A DNA stretch of 62,991 nucleotides, the filler included, from Deltaproteobacteria bacterium (lineage in GTDB: Bacteria > JAEEML01), in NCBI GenBank assembly GCA_016283195.1. It is 3 parts of 3 records of this genome, joined end to end, with 100 filler letters (N's around TTAATTAATTAA, not from the genome) between each part and the next. Parts side by side here need not be neighbours in the genome. Positions count along the whole stretch, not along the records: positions 58,452 to 62,991 come from JAEEML010000103.1; 2 more parts are not named here. One strand, given 5' to 3'. Below are positions 58,452-62,991 of the stretch, piece after piece; the stretch's first letter is position 1; every line of letters starts with the position of its first letter. The translations under genes and the position numbers were made by a program. Below the pieces are notes generated by a model, which did not search any database, had not been told where the DNA came from, and saw nothing but the letters and a program-made list of their open reading frames with translations.

Positions 58452-59164
58452 ATCAGGCCCCGGCTCTCCTCGATATGGCCGCCATCCGCAACACCAACAC
58501 CAAGATTATCCTGCGTCTTCCTGACCAAAGCGACCGCGAGCCGGTGGGGCGCGCCGCCAATCTGAACGAAGACCAAATTAAGGAACTGGCCAAACTGCCC
58601 TGCGGAGTGGCCGCCGTCTATCAAAACGAGTGGGTGGAGGCGGTGCTTTGCAAAGTTGAGCATGTAGAAGCCCAAGGAGAATATAAGTACAACCGCCCCG
58701 AAGAAAAACCCGCCGAAGTAAATATGAGCGAGCGGCTGGAAATTGCCAAGCTTTTGTACAAAAATAGCACCAACTGTAAAACAAAGTTTAAAGAATTAGA
58801 TGAGTTAGAAAAAGCATTGAATACTCCAAACTTACGTGATTCTACAAAAGCTATGCTCATACAGGCTTTTAAAGATGGAGGGGCAAATTCCGATATTCGC
58901 CGTATAGTTGTTGCTGAACTCTTCCCCCAAATAAATGAAAAAGTAAAATCGGCGAGCAATACCATTGGAAAAGATGCAAACAATTTATTATTGGCGAACA
59001 AAATAAATAATGAAATAAAGAAATTAGCATTGCAGAAATTGAGTGAAAAAGTAAGTCAAAATATTATGAATGATATAATTATTGGTTATTTAAGCAACGA
59101 AGCTGGTAATCAATTGCGCCTCGATAATTGGGTTAAATGGCAAGGAGGGCTTAAAAATGCTTGA
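58452..59164 (+). CDS. C-terminal part of a HerA/DUF87-type (FtsK/VirB4 superfamily) ATPase, 5'-truncated
   Basis: The frame is open from the gap: QAPALLDMAAIRNTNTKIILRLPDQSDRE.VG...L..L..GVAAVYQNEW. Confidence 0.7.
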
Positions 59165-60107
59165 ATCATTAGCCGCAGCAGTGGAGAAATTAGACAAAGC
59201 TGCTCCAACAGAATTAAACGATATTCCTGATATAATTGAGGCTAAAGACCTGTCTATACCGGAAAATATGCTTTCGGGAAAAGATAATATTGGCTTTGAT
59301 GGTATAATCGAAGCTAAGGATTTGACTCTTAATGAAGTCCATGAATTTCCTACCCTAGCCGGGGTGGAAAAAGGCCGCGAAATGACCTTTGCCGAGGCTG
59401 ACAGCGGCAACGTAAACCCGCATTTTAAAGAGAACTATTACGAATGGTGCGATGAGGAGGATGGAGGCTACAACAACAACTGCCAAACCTGCGTGGTGGT
59501 TTTTGAAGCGCGGCTCAAAGGCTATGATGTTGAAGCCGAACCATTTAGGGAAGGGACTAATAGCGAACTTTTGGCGGAAAAAACCAACCTGGCCTGGCTC
59601 ACACCAGAGGGTACCCACCCGGATTATATTGAAATCAATCCGCAAGATTCATTTTTAGACAAATATCCTAATTATGATGATTTCGATGATGACGATCTAA
59701 GAGAGGACAATAACTACCTAAATGAATATCTATCTATAACTACTCCTGATGGTATCTATGACTTTATCGATGATACTGTTAAAACTGGAGAACATTATAC
59801 TTTAGAGGGCATTTGGGATCGTGGTATTTTTAGCGATTGTGGTCATATTATCTCGGTTTTTAAAGAGCCAACAGAATCATTTACTGTCTATGATGACCAA
59901 CTTGGCAAAGAGATCTCCATAACTACCGGCGAACTGACTTTTTATGACCCTCAATGTGATAAAATTTATAACGAACAAGAGGCCAAGAGTTTTTTAAGCC
60001 GTATGATACCAGACACCATTAAACTGCTCCGCGTCGATAATGCCGAAATTGACTGCGATTTTATGAACTCCATTGTCAAGCCGAAAGGAAATGAAGCCTA
60101 TGTGTGA
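59157..60107 (+). CDS. Putative polymorphic toxin with a papain-fold (Tox-PL/glutamine deamidase-like) domain
   Basis: MTFAEADSGNVNPHF...NNCQTCVVVFEARLKGYDVEA (Cys), GHII (His) and FYDPQ (Asp) form a candidate triad; LLRVDN at the end; start overlaps the ATPase stop. Confidence 0.72.
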   Translation: MLESLAAAVEKLDKAAPTELNDIPDIIEAKDLSIPENMLSGKDNIGFDGIIEAKDLTLNEVHEFPTLAGVEKGREMTFAEADSGNVNPHFKENYYEWCDEEDGGYNNNCQTCVVVFEARLKGYDVEAEPFREGTNSELLAEKTNLAWLTPEGTHPDYIEINPQDSFLDKYPNYDDFDDDDLREDNNYLNEYLSITTPDGIYDFIDDTVKTGEHYTLEGIWDRGIFSDCGHIISVFKEPTESFTVYDDQLGKEISITTGELTFYDPQCDKIYNEQEAKSFLSRMIPDTIKLLRVDNAEIDCDFMNSIVKPKGNEAYV

Positions 60108-60321
60108 TCATATCAACGAATTTGCCAAAAAGTATGGCTTTGACCACGCCGAAAAATTGGGGGAATATGACGGTCAGGAAGTCTATTTTCCCCGCTTCGC
60201 CGACACCCGCCCCCGCCTCCTTGGCTTTCCCCAATACATTTTGCTGAAAGATGGCGCCCTCACTCTCCACATCGACCGGGATTTTAAAATAACAGACCAT
60301 TTCTTCCCCAGGAAAGAATGA
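60100..60321 (+). CDS. Small candidate immunity protein
   Basis: 73 aa from ATG 60100, overlapping the toxin stop; EFAKKYGFDHAEKLGEYDGQEVY.P...GFPQYIL. Confidence 0.55.
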   Translation: MCDHINEFAKKYGFDHAEKLGEYDGQEVYFPRFADTRPRLLGFPQYILLKDGALTLHIDRDFKITDHFFPRKE

Positions 60322-60630
60322 GTACCGCCACCAAATTAGATTACCACTTTCAACTGACTTTGCCTGGCTTCAGACGAAATTTTTCAAGACATAAGCAATC
60401 AAATATGCTTGAATATGCTACATGTTTTAGGTTCTCATACCGCGCGAGGTAAAAGAACGAATTTAAGCTACTATTAGGTGCTGGCGCCATCACCCTGCAC
60501 GCTGGCCGGGATTTTAAAATAACCGTCTATTTCTTTCCAAAGGCAACTAACTTAAATAAATTCAGCACGTTAACACCGTCAAGATGGAAATAACTGCCGG
60601 GGGCGAACCAAGCGAGACAAAGCAGTGATA

Positions 60631-61488
60631 TCAGCACCTGAGCGCCGCAATATCACTGGAAGAAAGACCGGTCACGGCAGAGATTGTGGCAATATCCATG
60701 TTAAAATCAAGCATTTTTCTGGCATCTTCCAGCTTGCCTTCCAGCTTACCTTCTCGTTTGCCATCTTCTTTAAACAAATTCATAGCTTCTGTCTCATTAT
60801 ACTCAGTAAGTAGCATACCTTTTACCTCCGCTTGGTGAATTTCTAAAAACGACTTCAAGATAAAATCACTTGGCATTTCACTAATAATTCTATTAACTGC
60901 CTCTTCGGCACTCATACTTTTACTATCTTCGCGAATTTTCTCAATAATCCAGGAATACTCCATAAGCGGTTTGCAAGCCTTGAAAAGCTCCTTATTGTGG
61001 CCGAAGTTGATATTCAGCATTTTCACAGTCACTTCAATATCTGCTTGGACATCAGCAAGAAACGCATCAGAGAGCTTCAAAAATTTTTCATCTGGCTCAT
61101 CATGCTTGCCGTTATAAAAAACTACAAACTTGGGCACAGGTAGCTTGATGAGTGTTTCGCCATACTTATTTAGGCGATGCTTTTTGACATAGGCTTCGAA
61201 AATGTTCCCTACATACTGCAAGAGACGAAGCAGCATATTGGGGTTATAGCTTGATTGCTGCTCATAGAGGCTCAACTGATTGTCGATGACAAAGGAAACA
61301 TCATTGTGCATTCCCAGATAAAGCACCTCTTTAATGGTGGTAATCTCAATATCATCAGGATTGCTATAGTGCGAACCATTTACAGCATTGTAAAGAGATA
61401 GTGTCCAGGCTTTGTTCTCACTGGAGCCAAAAATAAAGGTAAACTGGCGATCTTTATACTCTTTTTGCAAGGTAATGGTCACCTCCAA
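60631..61488 (-). CDS. Rpn family PD-(D/E)XK nuclease / putative transposase
   Basis: YKDRQF.FIF, LSLYNAVNG, NDVSF, EQQS.YNPNM.LR.L.Y, PKFVVFYNG and EGKLEGKLE motifs. Confidence 0.82.
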   Translation of the reverse strand: MEVTITLQKEYKDRQFTFIFGSSENKAWTLSLYNAVNGSHYSNPDDIEITTIKEVLYLGMHNDVSFVIDNQLSLYEQQSSYNPNMLLRLLQYVGNIFEAYVKKHRLNKYGETLIKLPVPKFVVFYNGKHDEPDEKFLKLSDAFLADVQADIEVTVKMLNINFGHNKELFKACKPLMEYSWIIEKIREDSKSMSAEEAVNRIISEMPSDFILKSFLEIHQAEVKGMLLTEYNETEAMNLFKEDGKREGKLEGKLEDARKMLDFNMDIATISAVTGLSSSDIAALRC

Positions 61489-61735
61489 CTTGCAAGCAAA
61501 TTATAGCACAAATGGGTATTGGTAGCCAAGTGACAAACAAGAAATACTTTTTTTATAAAAAAGCAGTACTCACCCCCGCCTGGTGGGCTTTCCGTAGTAT
61601 ATTTTGCTGAAAGACGCCCCCAAAAAATTTTATGCCCAAAGCACAATTTTCCGCCGGTATGACATCAGGTGACATAGCGCCTCATTAGAATAGACCAAAG
61701 CGGCAATTTTTAACCAGCCGCCGGAGGAAATTATT

Positions 61736-62281
61736 ATGAAAAAAGAGTGGAAACAAATGGCAAAATTGGTTCTTGCCCTGGTCATGGGCACTGCGCTGGC
61801 GGCTTGCGGCGGCGGAGAATTCACCGACACCCGCGATGGTCACACTTATAAGACCGTCAAAATAGGCCAGGATATCTGGCTGGCCGAAAATCTGGCTTTT
61901 GAGGCTAAAGGCAGCGAGCTTCCCGGCAAAGAAAAAGACAATATAGCTAAATATGGCCGCCTGTACCCAGGGTATGCCCTTAAAGAAGCTTGCCCTAAGG
62001 GCTGGCACTTACCCAGCCGCTTTGAATTTGAAAAGCTCTTAACCGCAGCCTGCGGCGACCCGGCCGCCTGCTCACTTAAAGAGCTCAGCAAAATTGGCTT
62101 TAACCCGCAAAGAGCCGGCTCAGATGAATTTGCCGATTTTGGGCTTAATGGTTACATCTGGACGAGCACCGAAAAAAACCGCTACAATTATATTTTAATA
62201 TTTTCCGGCACAGCGGCAACCTTAACCGCCGCTAACGGCACGGGTGATCTCTCGGTGCGCTGTGTTAAAGATAAAGAATAA
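61736..62281 (+). CDS. Short FISUMP domain lipoprotein
   Basis: Lipobox LAAC; FTDTRDGHTYKTVKIG..IWLAENL, YGRLY, CPKGWHLPS and SVRCVKD motifs. Confidence 0.88.
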   Translation: MKKEWKQMAKLVLALVMGTALAACGGGEFTDTRDGHTYKTVKIGQDIWLAENLAFEAKGSELPGKEKDNIAKYGRLYPGYALKEACPKGWHLPSRFEFEKLLTAACGDPAACSLKELSKIGFNPQRAGSDEFADFGLNGYIWTSTEKNRYNYILIFSGTAATLTAANGTGDLSVRCVKDKE

Positions 62282-62365
62282 TGTAATTTCAGTTTATAGA
62301 TTATATTAGTTATTACCGCAATTTAATTAAAGAATGCAGCTAGTTATTAGAAGTTGGAGGATTAT

Positions 62366-62991
62366 ATGACTCTATTTTTCACCATAACTTTTTTGTTCCT
62401 TTTGGCTCTTCCCTTACCTAAAGCTCTGGGCGCGGAAAGCTCAGCCCTCGATGGGGCAAGCGAGCAGCCAAGCGATATTGGCAAAAAATGCCAAAGTAAC
62501 AAAGATTGCCGGGGCAGTGCCTGCATATATAATACATGCCAACCTTTTCGCCAAATTGGCGAAAACTGCAGTGCCAGCGATAACTATTGTGAAAGCAATA
62601 AATGCGTAGACGGCAAATGCCGCGGCGGTACACTGGGCGAGCCTTGTAAAAATGATAAAAAAAATAACTACTGTTTAACCGGTCTTTTTTGCGCCCAAAG
62701 TAACTCATCCGCTAGGGGTTACTGCTCCGATGGCCAGGAAGGCAGCCCTTGTATGCAAAATAACCATTGCCAAAACGGCTACTGCGGGGCCAATAATAAA
62801 TGCCAGCACTTTTTGGCCATAAACCAGCCATGCAAAACCGAAAAAGGCGAATGTGGGGCCAATAAATGCCTGCGGGGGTTTTGCTCCGATGGCAGCAGCG
62901 ACACCACCTGCGAAAAAAGCAGCGATTGCCAAAGCGGCCTCATTTGCAACATAACCAAGCATTGCTCCTACCCGCTCGCTGTTGGTGAGGC
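62366..62991 (+). CDS. Secreted cysteine-rich repeat protein, runs off the window end
   Basis: Not in the ORF track. GGAGG RBS, then MTLFFTITFLFLLALPLPKALGA...IGKKCQSNKDCRGSACIYNTC...GENC...C...C..GKC; no stop before the edge. Confidence 0.8.
   Translation, partial: MTLFFTITFLFLLALPLPKALGAESSALDGASEQPSDIGKKCQSNKDCRGSACIYNTCQPFRQIGENCSASDNYCESNKCVDGKCRGGTLGEPCKNDKKNNYCLTGLFCAQSNSSARGYCSDGQEGSPCMQNNHCQNGYCGANNKCQHFLAINQPCKTEKGECGANKCLRGFCSDGSSDTTCEKSSDCQSGLICNITKHCSYPLAVGE

Noticed and set aside
59466-59483. TACAACAACAACTGC run as the DGR template repeat
   Set aside because: It encodes YNNNC at the toxin catalytic motif and has none of the VR anchor sequences around it.

Overview
Three assembly fragments are joined by artificial 100-nt linkers (N44-TTAATTAATTAA-N44 at 31824-31923 and 58352-58451), so adjacency across those points has no biological meaning. 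Gene content points to a Myxococcota/deltaproteobacterium-like organism of only moderate GC (inference). Fragment 1 (1-31823) carries xanthine/CO-dehydrogenase-type medium and small subunits, a sirtuin, a REC-REC-HD-GYP regulator, a Cys-rich lipoprotein, a pgk homolog with eroded ATP-site motifs next to an intact tpiA, and two LPS-type glycosyltransferases. It then carries a contiguous eight-gene glt/nfs-type envelope-machine operon that abuts a DUF3450-MotA/ExbB-ExbB-ExbD-TonB-TPR cluster, followed by a HAD hydrolase, an ABC-2 pair and a 5'-truncated dnaE. Fragment 2 (31924-58351) carries a radical SAM/SPASM protein, a GltJ/AgmX-like protein, a FrgA-like HEAT protein with a 14x21-bp VNTR, GldA/GldF-G/DUF4340, an Rpn pseudogene, two FISUMP lipoproteins, a ROK kinase, tRNA-Lys and tRNA-Glu, a CRTAC1-like lipoprotein, an SLC12-type cotransporter and a U32 protein. 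Fragment 3 (58452-62991) carries the end of a HerA/DUF87-like ATPase, a papain-fold toxin with a candidate immunity gene, an Rpn gene, a third FISUMP gene and an open-ended Cys-rich secreted protein. The best leads are: (1) the 3' end of FISUMP gene 47366-48265 has the codon signature of a diversity-generating-retroelement variable repeat, with no template repeat or RT in the window; (2) the glt/nfs operon directly coupled to a TonB2-type energizer; (3) the ATPase-toxin-immunity cassette with a relic second immunity copy; (4) a possibly non-catalytic PGK. All family assignments are from motif recognition; no database searches were run.
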